Positions 13,701 through 25,100 of a stretch of DNA of 64,000 nucleotides are shown here, piece by piece (the first letter of the stretch is position 1; the number at the start of each line of letters is the position of its first letter). The stretch lies in NCBI RefSeq assembly GCF_001194135.2, contig NC_068985.1:33326232-33390231 (forward strand), read 5' to 3'. The position numbers were made by a program, and so were the translations under genes. The notes beneath the pieces are model-generated. The model had not been told where the DNA came from and made no database searches. It was given only the letters and a program-made list of their open reading frames with translations. This DNA comes from Octopus bimaculoides. Lineage: Eukaryota.

Positions 13701-15486
13701 ATATTTACTTTATTTAAACAGATTTTCTTGCAAAAAGAAATGAAAGAATGGTTCTTTCTTTTCATGACATAACAGTTAATATATTAGTGATGAGACATAC
13801 AGGAATACACAAATGTAANNNNNNNNNNNNNNNNNNNNNNNNNNNNNNNNNNNTATATATATTGATAGGTGATTATATAATGAAGGCACATGGCTCATGG
13901 TTAGAGTGTTGGGTTCACTATCATGAGGTAGTGAGTTCAATTCCCAGACTGGGCTGTGTGTTGTGCTCTTGAGCAAGACACTTTATTTCACATTGCTCCA
14001 GTTGACTCAGCTGTAGAAATGAGTTGTAATGTCATTGGTGCCGAGTTGTATTGGCCTTTGTATTGTCTTTCCCTTGGATACCATTGGTGATGTGGAGAGG
14101 GGGAGGCTAGTATGGATGGACAACTGCTGGTCTTCCATAAACAACCTTGCCCATACTTGTGTCTCAGAGAGTAATTTTCTAGGTGCAGTCCCATGGTCAT
14201 TCATGACGGAAGAGGGTCTTTACCTTGATTATCTTACAGAAGCATATATATGAATAACTAAAGTTTTCATAGTACCAGCTGACAGATTTTTTTTACTGTT
14301 CATATTTATCGAGTTATGTCATTGTTTCTTCCTTTTATTTTAATTATCAGGAGATGTATAAGAGCCACAAGGTCGCTTTCTTGTTAGATGAGAAGGATCC
14401 TATTAGTGTTTACGAAGAACAAGGACAACAGTTTAACTCTAATGCTCCAACTGGAATGGAAGCCCTCTCTAAAATGAACAGAGTCCAACAGATGGAAGTG
14501 ATCCATGGTAAGAATTTAATGATGATTAATGAAGAATGTTTATGATTCAGTTTAAATTCAGAATCTGTATTTATTTGTGTGATAACTGAATGTAGGATGT
14601 GTTATTTTTATTTCATCAGTATGGATTGTTGACCTTAATAATCTATCACTAGATTTAACTTACAGCTCAACATTTGAGTGGTTTATGATAAGAGAAGTAT
14701 GCATTTGTGAAAGCTATTTGCCTAAGAAATATGTAGCAGTATAAGGATAGGAATTTGATATACAATAAAAAATTAAAATTGTTAGAAGTGGAAGTTTTTT
14801 TAGACAATACTGTTTTTTGAATTTAGATTCAATTTCTAGCAATTAAGGTTATGAACTACCTACTACATGTCTTTGTTTATAATGGAACCTTAAAATAATG
14901 CTTTATTTGTAAAAAGAAGGTTTTTTTTTTTTTTATTAAAGGATATAATGACCTAAAATCTGAACTGACAGACTACCTAAAGAAATTTGCCGATTCCAAA
15001 AAGGTAAGATTAGATACTTGTTAGAATTTATAAATTTCATTGCCCATTATTTATACATGAATATTTAAGGACCTGATCAAATCTATTATTTGGATGTACA
15101 TGCTTTTAAACTTAGTTTTTTTTTTTTTTTAACATTATTTACTATAAATATCTTATGACCTACAAAATTACTGAATTGCCACTAAAGATTAAAGGGAGAT
15201 GTGATTTTGTAGTCAAGAGATAAGGTTTAATAGCTGAGTTAGTGTTAACTTATTGAATGTAGGGAACATAAAAAGCTAATGAGAAATAATTGCAGTTAGA
15301 AAGTAAGCTATCATCATTTGTCACTACTCTCCCTAACTTCACTTGTTTTCACTTATAAACATAGACTTTTTAAATATTTTTATTTTTTAGGTTGTAAGAG
15401 AAGAAGATATCAGAGAATTCTTCACAGGTTTAGAAGCTAGAAAACGTCAGAGGACCAATACTATCCCTTCCCATTTCTGCAAATAA
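1635..15486 (+). CDS. UBR7: E3 ubiquitin ligase UBR7 (UBR-box + PHD finger), 11 coding exons, 1224 nt / 407 aa
   Basis: Hand-spliced exons 1635-1784, 3234-3367, 4444-4501, 5475-5570, 6560-6613, 7814-7919, 8909-9096, 13213-13335, 14351-14507, 14942-15003, 15391-15486. All introns GT-AG and phase-consistent. Peptide has UBR7 hallmarks: AVLGGSD..CTY..GY..RQALYAC.TC, GICLACSYECHEGHELFELYTKRNFKCDCGN, YC.CKRPYPDPED, EM.QCV.CEDW.H, W...W...LC.C..C, DI..FF.. Confidence 0.96.
3234..3367 (+). CDS. UBR7: UBR7 coding exon 2 (UBR box, GYLSRQ...LYTK)
   Basis: ttcattttcag acceptor; AG|GTATGT donor, phase 2. Confidence 0.96.
3900..4076 (+). mobile_element. RTE LINE 3' tail / RTE-tailed SINE in UBR7 intron 2
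   Basis: ttaggaagg.catccagctgtagaaac...aacccatgc...(gat)n tail shared with many copies in the window. Confidence 0.75.
4444..4501 (+). CDS. UBR7: UBR7 coding exon 3 (NFKCDCGNKKFPNRCKLFS)
   Basis: ttttgttccag acceptor; GTAAGT donor; completes the UBR box. Confidence 0.95.
5475..5570 (+). CDS. UBR7: UBR7 coding exon 4 (EKSDYN...KRPYPDPEDD)
   Basis: ttttatatag acceptor; GTAAGT donor; start of PHD. Confidence 0.95.
6560..6613 (+). CDS. UBR7: UBR7 coding exon 5 (VDDEMFQCVICEDWYHQR)
   Basis: tttatttcag acceptor; GTAAGA donor. Confidence 0.95.
7814..7919 (+). CDS. UBR7: UBR7 coding exon 6 (HLNADF...CPFLWAYQAANT)
   Basis: aattttctag acceptor; G|GTGAGT donor, phase 1. Confidence 0.93.
8909..9096 (+). 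CDS. UBR7: UBR7 coding exon 7 (charged linker)
   Basis: ttttgtag acceptor; TTG|GTGAGT donor; lies within ORF 8824..9159; low-conservation linker. Confidence 0.82.
9477..10295 (+). mobile_element. tRNA-derived SINE split by a 5'-truncated RTE 3' end (9620-10053), UBR7 intron 7
   Basis: SINE head with gagcaagtatcttctactatagcc core and (AT)n; then RT C-terminus (LGLTEAMT.DRDLW..AVREKTRQAK*-like), internal ~55-bp repeats and (GAT)n tail; then the SINE body resumes. Confidence 0.75.
10925..12890 (-). mobile_element. Decayed RTE-clade LINE (endonuclease/RT fragments) in UBR7 intron 7
   Basis: ORF fragments QFGFVPG-STTDAIFLLRQLQEKFLAKDKPLY..FVDME..FDRV, KGMKTGKAPSPS and WPCLICRKGIGRNSIRCTQCKLWTHKRCS; many stops; small internal tandem duplications near 12510-12650 and 12850-12915. 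Confidence 0.88.
13213..13335 (+). CDS. UBR7: UBR7 coding exon 8 (NPVEEKC...WRSYLCSCSKCL)
   Basis: ttttctaataag acceptor; CTG|GTATGT donor; W-x3-W-x3-LCxCxxC motif. Confidence 0.9.
13882..14225 (+). mobile_element. tRNA-derived SINE (CORE-like) in UBR7 intron 8
   Basis: Degenerate A/B boxes (tggctcatgg, gagttcaattccc), followed by ttgagcaagacacttta core. Confidence 0.7.
14351..14507 (+). CDS. UBR7: UBR7 coding exon 9 (EMYKSH...QQMEVIH)
   Basis: aattatcag acceptor; G|GTAAGA donor; FLLDEKD..VYEE and ALSKMNRVQQME motifs. Confidence 0.95.
14942..15003 (+). CDS. UBR7: UBR7 coding exon 10 (GYNDLKSELTDYLKKFADSKK)
   Basis: Poly-T tract + aag acceptor; AAG|GTAAGA donor. Confidence 0.95.
15391..15486 (+). 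CDS. UBR7: UBR7 last coding exon (VVREEDIREFF...RKRQR...FCK*)
   Basis: tattttttag acceptor; TAA at 15484-15486; basic NLS-like RKRQR. Confidence 0.95.
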   Translation, partial: VVREEDIREFFTGLEARKRQRTNTIPSHFCK

Positions 15487-16508
15487 ATTTCTAGCACCCA
15501 TTCTCAGATCCAGAATACCAACATCTTGTAATATCACATAAATTTTTGAAATAATCAGTCATTTCTTCCAAAACTTAATTGTTTTTCTTATCTTAATTGT
15601 TTTTCTTACCTGCTCCATTGCAATTTTTTGAAAGAGGTTATTTCATTTTAATTTTTTTATTTCTTGTTCTTTTCCATTCATAAAGTTAAATGAAAATAAA
15701 AGCCAAATTTGGTATTTCATCTTTGATTTCAAAGTTGTCTGTAAAATGTGAAGGGATTAATTTTGATGATATTGAGTTCATACTAAACGAAATAAAAATG
15801 CAATCTAAAACCTGTATATATCTTCACTAAATGTCTAATATTAATAGATAGCTCTGACTTTTCACCAGAGATATATTTCTGTAAGAGTTCTTTTAATGTC
15901 TAATAATGTTATCTTGATTTTGTATGTGTGTGTAAAATATTAACAGTACACACTAGTGTAGCTGGGGGTGGTGGTGGTGGTAGGGGCAGCACTTTTCATC
16001 CTGTTGTAGGCGATTGCTGTAGACAATATGTTTTTTGTGGGGTCCAGGGGTGGCACACGTACTAGCTACACTAGTAACAGTACATTCTTTTCTTTTACTT
16101 TGTTACTGGTTTCAGTCAAGGGACTGTCGTCATATTGGGGCAACACCTTCAAGGATTTTAGTAAAAGTGGTCCAATTACCTGTATGCCAATCTGGATATA
16201 TTTTATTGATTGGTTAAGTTACCATTTTAACACATGCATGCAAACGTACATCATTGTCATCATTAGTTTTTATGTCTGCTTTAAACACACTGGCATTGGT
16301 TCATCAAGCTTATTGAGACAATACTTTACAGGTGGAGGTCCTTACTCGCCTGCTTTTTCTTATATCTCAAGTATGGTATTTGTATCCTATTGTCACCCAA
16401 ACAGTGTCAAGGCAAAAACATAAATCTGTGAAAGTATACACTTTTACACACACCAGTACATTTCACATTTGTTTTTCCTTGTTAGTATGGGTTGGATGGG
16501 ATCTTATT

Positions 16509-16935
16509 CATCATCATCGTCGTTTAACGTCCGCTTTCCATGCTAGCATGGGTTGGACGATTTGACTGAGGACTGGTGAAACCAGATGGCTACACCAGGC
16601 TCCCATCTGATTTGGCAGAGTTTCTACAGCTGGATGCCCTTCCTAACGCCAACTACTCCGAGAGTGTAGTAGGTGCTTTTACGTGTCGCCCGCACGAAGG
16701 CCAGTCAGGCGGTACTGGCAACGGCCACGCTCAAAATGGTGTATTTTACGTGCCACCTGCACAGGAGCCAGTTTGGTGGCACTGGCAACAATCTCGCTCG
16801 AATGTCTTTACATGTGCCAGGAAGGCGATGCTGGGCACCGGTCCCATTGACGGTTTCGCTTTCGCTTGCCCCAATAAGTCTTCGCAAGCCGAGTTTCATT
16901 TCCAATGAAGGAGACGACGTTGGCATGGGTGCCAA
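16509..16935 (-). mobile_element. RTE LINE 3' tail copy downstream of UBR7
   Basis: Closely similar to 9620-10053 in inverted orientation; (CAT)n on the + strand. Confidence 0.85.
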
Positions 16936-17322
16936 GGATTTTCATATCTCTTTCTGTTGCCAACTCTTAGTTTGCAAGTAAGATATTTTTCATTCTACAG
17001 ATCTTCAAAAGAGCAGTGCAATTGTCACAAGAAATGTAAACACACTTCATAACACCACTGATGGTAAGCAAAGCTGTAGCATGTCAGTATTCATATACAT
17101 ACAAAGGGTTTATTACAGTTTCATCATCATCACCATCATTTTAACAATCACTTAACTTTACTTGTATTGGCCAGAGAAATCATTAAAGCAGATTTTCTGT
17201 GGTTGAATCTCCTTTCCGTTGCCAACCCTCACCTGTTTTCAAGCTAAGTAATATCTCCTCATAGTTGTAATAGTGGAAACAAATGATGCTACCCATAGGA
17301 TAGTGATGTTTGTTTACAATTA

Positions 17323-17524
17323 TGAGGGGGTGCTGAAAAGTTCCTAGCTGTAAGGGTATCGTGAAAGGCCTGGTTGGAGTTCTTTTATAGGGCTTAGAAA
17401 AACTGACAGACTTCAGCAATAAGTGTGTGTATCTGAGAGGGAAGTATGTTGAATAAAATCATAACTAACTGATCCTCCTGTATATTCTTTTACTCAAAAC
17501 CTGGAACTTTTCAGCACCCCCTTG
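17323..17524. mobile_element. mariner-type MITE
   Basis: TIRs tgagggggtgctgaaaagttcc / ggaacttttcagcacccccttg flanked by TA at 17321-22 and 17525-26. Confidence 0.85.
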
Positions 17525-18882
17525 TATTGCATGTTGTCAAGACAAGGAGAGACACATGTAATGGGCTTTTTTTGGTGTCCCTCTACTAAATTCATTCACA
17601 AGGCATCGGTTGGGCCAGAGCTATAGAAGACACTTGCCCAATAAGACTGAATCCAAAACTATATGGTTGTGAAGTGACTTGATCACACAACAAGCTTCTG
17701 TACAGTTTCTTTTTACAGAGTTTCTCTCAAGGCTGAGGATGTATGTCATAAAAAAGAGAAACTTGTAATTCTTATACTGTCAACTTTAACTACAACACCA
17801 TGTAAACTACCTTTTATGTCACTGATGACCAAAGATTCAATTACTAACAGGCTTCAACCACTAACTTACGGATGTGCTGTTTTTTTGCTTCTATCACACT
17901 ACAACAGCTTTTGTTCCTATGAACTAGCTTCCTGCATACTTTCTCTCTCTCTCTCCATTTAGACCCACTTATCTTTCCTTTTATTTATTGTGTTCCAGAC
18001 CCTCTACTATAATCTCTACCCAAACTTTCCTTCCTGTACCAGTGGCCTTCTGGAAATTCTTTCCCTTCATCTTTTTCTAAATACACTCCCAACAAATGTT
18101 TATATTGGTAAAATTGATGTTCAATCACGGAGTACTTGCAGAAGACTTGGTCACTATCTTCCCTCTTCTGATTATTGTATTAAAATAATATAATACTTTA
18201 ATTATATATTATATTTGTTAAAACTTCTAAAATTCAATACAATGCAAATTGGATATAAAAGAGTGAAAAGAAAGAGGCTTACACCTTATACTTTGATTTT
18301 TTTTTTTTTTTTTGTGGTTAAAATTATACCCCCATTATTGATACAGGGATTTTAACCCCACAAATATAAGGGAATATGTAAATTGTTCTTTTGACTTCTA
18401 TATTCCAATGTTTCATTCATACTACACTAATTGGTTAATAACAATCAAGTAGCAGACTCTATTGGCTATGTGATGTTGATCCAGCCACTTCGCATGATAG
18501 TGGGGAAACTAAAGTATTTGCCTCATTCTTCCATCACCAATTTCTCAGTATACTGCACTTAACATGTTGGTATATATAAAATTATTACACCAAACATTTA
18601 ACTTTCAACAACTAAACTAAGAAACAGTATGATTCATCAACAAATAGTTAACACTATGGAATTGATATCCCATTGGTATATATGCACAGACACTGGAATT
18701 GATATTCCATTAGTATATAAGCACAAACACATTGAGAAATGAATCCAGAGTTGTTTTAATCAAATTCGAGGAAAAAGATAAAAATGTTACTGATTCAGTT
18801 TACCCAATTCTTTACTGACATCTCTCAAATGAATTTGCATAAGCCATTCCTAGTTTAAAATCAAATTTTATTTGCCTTTTTT

Positions 18883-20022
18883 TCAATTGTCTAAATTGAT
18901 ATGGACTGTGCTTTCTAGTAGTTCATGGCATTTCACTAGACTTAGCTGCCATTGGCTGAGGCAGTTTTGTTGCATTTCAGTGAACCAATTACTGGCTAAT
19001 GCAGTGGCAACTAGAACATGTACTGCATTATCATAAAGGTGTGAACTAATTGTGAAATTATCGTAAAATTTCTGGATTGCTCGAAACACTCTGCGACTGT
19101 CAATGTATGTTGGTTTGTTAAGCAAATAACGGAAAATGTATGCTGCCATCTTAGTAGCTGGAATACTTGGTGGTGTTGAGTATGAATGAGTTCTATTACC
19201 ATCTTTATTGATAGAATGTTCAAACCAGTATAATCCTGAGCAATTAGATTTGCTACTGTTATCACTTGATGATTCCTGATGAGAAGTTAGTGTATTATCT
19301 ATGAATGACTTCGGTCTTTTCTTGTTGACTCTTTTTACTTTGCTGTAGTGTTTTGAGCCTTGCACAATGTCATTAGCATCTGGCAAGTCTGTTTCGAAGA
19401 TGTTCATTTGTTCTTGCATTATTTTAAGAAGTTGAGAAAACTCCACTGATGTGTTTTCATCTGTTATTGGTACTTTTGATGGTGTGTATTCTTGTCTCTC
19501 ATAAGAATCGTCACTATCTTCAATCAAAGCTGCCAAACTTTGGCACTTGATTTGGTGCCCAGCAAGATTTACCATGCGTACTGTTGTTCCACAGCTTGCA
19601 CATTTGACAGGAGAATGTGGGCATTTTGACTCATGGTTTTCAAGTTGTTCTAATTTAGTCATTACATAACATCCATTTTTTCTAAATGGACAGAACATGT
19701 AGTAACCATTAATAAGGTTTCGTAAAGCAATTTCAGGCTTAGCCTCATTTGGATGCACTGGCTTGCGGCATTCTGGACATGAAGCTGTTATAGGTGATAG
19801 ACAAGTTGAGGGAAAGGACCTTGGTCGCCTATATTGTAGCTGTAATAACTGTGGTGGTGGTGGTTCTTGCGTTAAAGATGTTTGCAACCAAGTTTCCAGG
19901 CATATCAAACAAAAACTATGTCCACATGGCGTGAGTACAGGATTCTCAAACACTGATCCACATATACTGCACACTAAATTGATATCAATTGTTTCTACAA
20001 ATTGGTGGATGTCGTACCCCAT
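18883..20022 (-). CDS. Intronless C3HC4 RING + TRAF/SIAH-type zinc-finger protein, putative E3 ligase (N-terminus of RNF151/NRDP1/PDZRN type), 379 aa
   Basis: Single ORF starting MGYDIHQF...; RING ligands C18,C21,C33,H35,C38,C41,C82,C85; then CPF...GC...H...C and CASC...H...C fingers; AATAAA shortly after the stop. Confidence 0.9.
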   Translation of the reverse strand: MGYDIHQFVETIDINLVCSICGSVFENPVLTPCGHSFCLICLETWLQTSLTQEPPPPQLLQLQYRRPRSFPSTCLSPITASCPECRKPVHPNEAKPEIALRNLINGYYMFCPFRKNGCYVMTKLEQLENHESKCPHSPVKCASCGTTVRMVNLAGHQIKCQSLAALIEDSDDSYERQEYTPSKVPITDENTSVEFSQLLKIMQEQMNIFETDLPDANDIVQGSKHYSKVKRVNKKRPKSFIDNTLTSHQESSSDNSSKSNCSGLYWFEHSINKDGNRTHSYSTPPSIPATKMAAYIFRYLLNKPTYIDSRRVFRAIQKFYDNFTISSHLYDNAVHVLVATALASNWFTEMQQNCLSQWQLSLVKCHELLESTVHINLDN

Positions 20023-21199
20023 TTATTAACTTCACAATAAATAATCTTTGTTATTCAGTTATAATTACTTTACCCGACAGTTTTCTTTCAGTCTTTAAAT
20101 GTTTTATATTTATTTGTGTATATCCGCTGTTAGCGTTGTAAACATTATTGCAAGCTGTTTCATGTTTTACAAAGTTCCATTGAAAATATATATATTTAAT
20201 AAAATGTTTAATTGGTGAAATATACCATCTGTCACCAATAAAATTTAATTTTCCGATAATATCAATACATACGGTTTTTACAAGTTATCATGTATCGTTG
20301 AAATGCAATTGTCACGGATAAAGTACATAACATCTAACTGTATAGGTAATGTCCAAGAAAGCAATAATACCAGAATGTTACTGAATATATAATGAGATAA
20401 AACTTAACGTGTTACCTTTTGAGATCGAAATCCGAAGAGTAATTTCTTTCTTACACTTTAAGTTAACTTAAATCCTCGTAATTGAACACAAGAGTTGAAA
20501 ATTAGTTCCCATGCGTAACTTGATGTAAAATGCTTGAAATTCTGCAAATTTAGCGGATGGTAATTAACACCGATGAAACTAATTATGGAATTCTATTAGT
20601 TAAATAATTATGACCAGCGGTATATACCAAATATTCGACAGCCTAAGCGATACAGGTGATATATATTATATATCCTCTTACATCATTTAGCTTAAAGTAA
20701 AAGATAATTCCGTTAGTTACTTTGCGTACTTAAAAAGAAAAAAAATGTGATGCTCTTATTTGTCGAATACCTGAATGTTACCGTGTTTGTGTTGCATCTG
20801 TATGTTGGTATATAGAATCTGCTAAATCGAGAAAAAAAAAATGTGAGTGACTAAACAGGAAGATTATGCCCTTTTCTCTCTAAGTTTGCAGCAATAGAGA
20901 ATAAGAGCGACGGAATCCCTAATTCGGAGAAGTATCACCGTTATATATATATATATACGTAATCTCAAACTTTCGCGAGTGTTTTGTGTAACATTTTTGT
21001 TTACACCCCTTTCCCTTACGGGTAGTTTCTCTGATGCTTTGAAAATATTCAGGGGTGTTCCTTGCTAACGCTAACATACCATCTGTTGTAGATACACAGT
21101 ATTCGCACATGTAGCATACACTGCTTGTTCATCAAATACAAAACTTGACAAAAATATCTCAGGTTCGTAGACAAACGTTACGTGCTTAATTAGGTGAGT

Positions 21200-21304
21200 G
21201 TGTGTACACACATACAATATATATGTAAATATACATGGATCTTATGTGGTTTATATCAATATACCAAATAGTAAGTGAATTGGAGAAAGCCAAAACAGAA
21301 AATT

Positions 21305-21336
<32 letters not shown>

Positions 21337-21602
21337 CATATATATATAATACAAATAATATGTGAGTATATGCATATATACGTACATGTATGTACATACC
21401 TACATATACATGTATATATAGATGCATATCTGGGTACAGGACGTTGCAAAAAAAAAAACGTGGACAAAATGATAAACAGAGTACAGAAAACACAGGCCAC
21501 ATTGAGAACATTTCCTTCATCACCTGCCACCATTCTAAAACTAAGTGTTTCGAAAATGTATATATACATATATATATATGTATACATACATATATACATA
21601 AA

Positions 21603-21635
<33 letters not shown>

Positions 21636-21735
21636 GTATACATACATATATACATAAATATATATATACATATATACATACATATATACATAAATATATA
21701 CATATATATACATACATATATGCATACATATATAT
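21200..21735. repeat. Compound (AT)/(AC)/(CT) microsatellite field
   Basis: Direct reading; source of the YIYI-type ORFs. Confidence 0.95.
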
Positions 21736-21954
21736 ACTCACTTTACTCTTTTACTTGTTTCAGTCATTTGACTGCGGCCATGCTGGAGCACCACCTTTAG
21801 TTGAGCAAATCGACCCCAGGACTTATTCTTTGTAAGCCTAGTACTTATTCTATCGGTCTCTTTTGCCGAACTGCTAAGTTACAGGGACATAAACACACCA
21901 TCATCGGTTGTCAAGCGATATTGGGGGGGGGGACAAACACAGACACTCACACAT

Positions 21955-22002
<48 letters not shown>

Positions 22003-22165
22003 GACAGATTTCTTTCAGTTTCCGTCTACCAAATCCACTCACAAGGCTTTGGTCAGCCCGAGGCCATAGTAGAAGACACTTGCCCAAGGTCCCATGCAGT
22101 GGGAATGAACCCAGAACCATGTGGTTGGTAAGCAAGCTACTTACCACACAGCCACTCATGCGCAT
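21736..22165 (-). mobile_element. tRNA-derived SINE with internal (AT)n
   Basis: Reverse complement begins gcgcatgagtggctgtgtggtaag...ggttctgggttcattccc; ccttgggcaagtgtcttctactat core; 3' body ending gactgaaacaagtaaaagagta. Many sister copies (34680-34900, 55050-55575, 56240-56400, 58480-58630). Confidence 0.85.
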
Positions 22166-22181
22166 ATCTATATGTATATAT

Positions 22182-25100
22182 GATGGCTGCTCCCTTGTTA
22201 TCGAGTATTCTGATCTTTGTGGATCTTAAAATGTATTTTGAGGCCTCTGTTGGATTTTCAAACTTTCTGGCATACACTGTATTCAAAGGTGTGCACAGAC
22301 ATATGGGCAGAATAGTTGGTGGAGGTTTGTTTTCCATGGATTCGCAGATGAGATTTGAGCCCAGCAAAAGACAGGCATGGTCTGTCACAGACTGTGCACA
22401 CACAGAAAGGTCATTGTCATTCACCTTCTCTATCATTACATTCTTTCTTAGATCTCTTTTGAGTCTTACATGCGTTATCCTAGCCTCTTCAAATGCTTTC
22501 ACGCCACTGCACACTTTTGTTCGACATCCAACTTGATCTGAAGCAAGGGTTTCTATGTCTCCTGGATCCATTCTAAGTGACTTCATAGTAGTCCTTAAAT
22601 CTCTTTTTAGGTTTACGCTGATAGCATTTCCCCTTTGCAAGCTCACCATAAAACAGCTGTTTTAGCATGCGTTCATCTGCCATTCGAACAATATGGCCAC
22701 ACCATCTCAATTGGTCGCTCAAAATTGTAGCTTTAATTGAGGTGATGCCTGCAGATGCAACGACATCTGTATTTGGAGCAAAAGAACTCCATTTAACTTT
22801 TAAAATGCGATGAAGGCATTTTTGGTGGAATTGTTCTAACAATTTAAAATGCCTTTCATAACAAGTCCAAATTTCACAGGAATACAATAGGGATGGTAAG
22901 ACAAATGATTTGTAAAGAGCCAGCTTTGTATTCTTATTTATATGGCACTGGTACCAAACACGTGACTCCAAGCCACCAAATGCTTTTGTTGCCCTTTGAA
23001 TTCACAGCTGTATTTCTGTACCAAGATTTCCATCATTTTGTACAGAGCTTCCAAGATAGATGAATGAATAGATATCCTCAAGTAACTTACCCTTAACAAA
23101 AATTTTAGCAGGGTTACAAACAGCACCACATGCAGGTTGATGCAGTACAACTGTTTTTTTCAAGTTGATGGTCAAGCCAAAATCATCACAAGCTGAGTCA
23201 AATGCAGGTACAAGAGATTGCAGACCTGTTTCAGAATGACTGACAAGATCGCAATCATCAGCATATAAAAGTTCCCTAATGAGTGAAGTAAAAACCTTCA
23301 TTTTGAATTTCAGTCTGGTCAGATTAAAAACATTCCCTGTTGTCCAATATTTTATGTAAATACCCTCCTCAGAGTTTTGAAAAGCATGTGGCAACACAAC
23401 AGCAAAGTATATTGCAAAGAGGGTGGGTGCATCAAGGTCTCCTTGCTTTACTTCATTTTCCACTATACTTGGAACTATAATGCAGGCAAGTGCCTTTCCA
23501 ACCACAGACAAAAGCAAAATCCCATGAAAAGTACCACACAGATCCTTTGGCCCCAGTTTATACAAGGCACTTTCTCAGTTCTCCAACAGTGACAAATTAA
23601 TATATTTAAGAGTTCAAACATTTTGTCACCTCCATATTTCAAGACTTCTGCACAGATTTCATCAGACTCTGGAGACTTATTGTTACTCAGCTTATTCACA
23701 GTTAAATAAATGTCATTTAGAGTTGGTTCAAATACTATCTCTTCTGTAACTGGAAGATGTTCGATTTTTTCTATTGTCCTCATGTCAGCGGATGATGGTC
23801 TATTCAAAAGTGCAGAAAAATATCCTACCCAGCGCTTATGGATAGAAGCAATGTCAATCAGAAGCAAACGTCCATTTCTATCAGCTGCTTTTTGTGCCCC
23901 TTTTGCTCTATTATTCGACCATTCCTGTTTAATTTTCCTTAGAGCAGTCTGCACTTTCCCTTTCAGTTTTCTGTAAGCTTCGTTTGAGTTGGAGCATAAG
24001 GACTGGGAATGAAGTGTATTGCCTAAGTTTTGTTTTTCTAAAAGTAGATCATGAATTTCTGGTGATCTATCTGAGAACCAGTCACTGGACTTATGAGATT
24101 TAAATCCCATTGACGAACTTGCAGCCTGAAATACTTTTGTTTTGAAATCTTCCCATAGATTGTTTGGGTCAAGATTGATACTTTCTATAGCATCGTGGAA
24201 TCTTTGCAAGTTGCTTGATAATTTAAAGTTTGCAACATTTAACTTTTTGGGTACCTTAGGACCAGACTGTTGATTTTGAGGAATTATCGAAAAATCTATT
24301 TTTCTACGCACTAGATGATGGTCAGTCCAGCTCTCTGCTCCTCTCATGGCCCGAATACTAGAAACATCTTTCATATGTTTTTTGATCAGAATATAATCTA
24401 TGAGATGCCAGTGCTTAGATCTTGGGTGTATCCAGGTGGTTTTTATATTTATTTTTCTGCTTAAACAGAGTGTTGGTGACAACCAGATTATTCTCAGTAC
24501 AAAATGTCAAAAGAGCTACTCCATTTTTATTACATTTTCCAATCCCATGTCGACCTAAAACAGGCCATGAAACATAGCCGTTTCCAACTCTTGCATTGAA
24601 ATCTCCCAATATGACCAGCTTGTCAAAAATTGGTACTTTCCTCAATAATTGTGCTAGATCATCATAAAACTGTCCTACAGTTTCATCAGAATGGGACGTT
24701 GTTGGTGCATAAATACTGACAATGGTAAGTAACCTACCTTTTGTCAATTTAATATGGCATGACATGATCTGTTCAGATATACCACTTGCAAGCTCTGCAA
24801 TAGAGGATACTAATGTATTCTTGAGAGCAAACCCAACACCAGATTCTCTACGCTGACCCTCAGGTAGGCCTCTCCACAAGATAGTATATCCATAAGTAGG
24901 TTTATTTACTTGACTCTCACCAGAGAGAGACGAAGTTTCATAGAGCCCAACTATATCAAGGGAATATTTCTCAAGTTCACATGCAATAAGTGCAGTATGC
25001 CTTTCTGGCCTCTTGTTGAAATTATCAAGAAGTGTGCGCACATTTCCATAGCCAAAATTCAAAGGATGTTTATTTTTACTTTTTCTTGGAGATTGTTTGA

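Noticed and set aside
16028-16423. 131-aa ORF downstream of UBR7
   Set aside because: Starts at TTG/weak context, no domain or splice support; likely 3' UTR or intergenic.
21186-21800. Overlapping 130-180-aa ORFs rich in Y/I/M/H
   Set aside because: Translations of (AT)/(AC) microsatellite.
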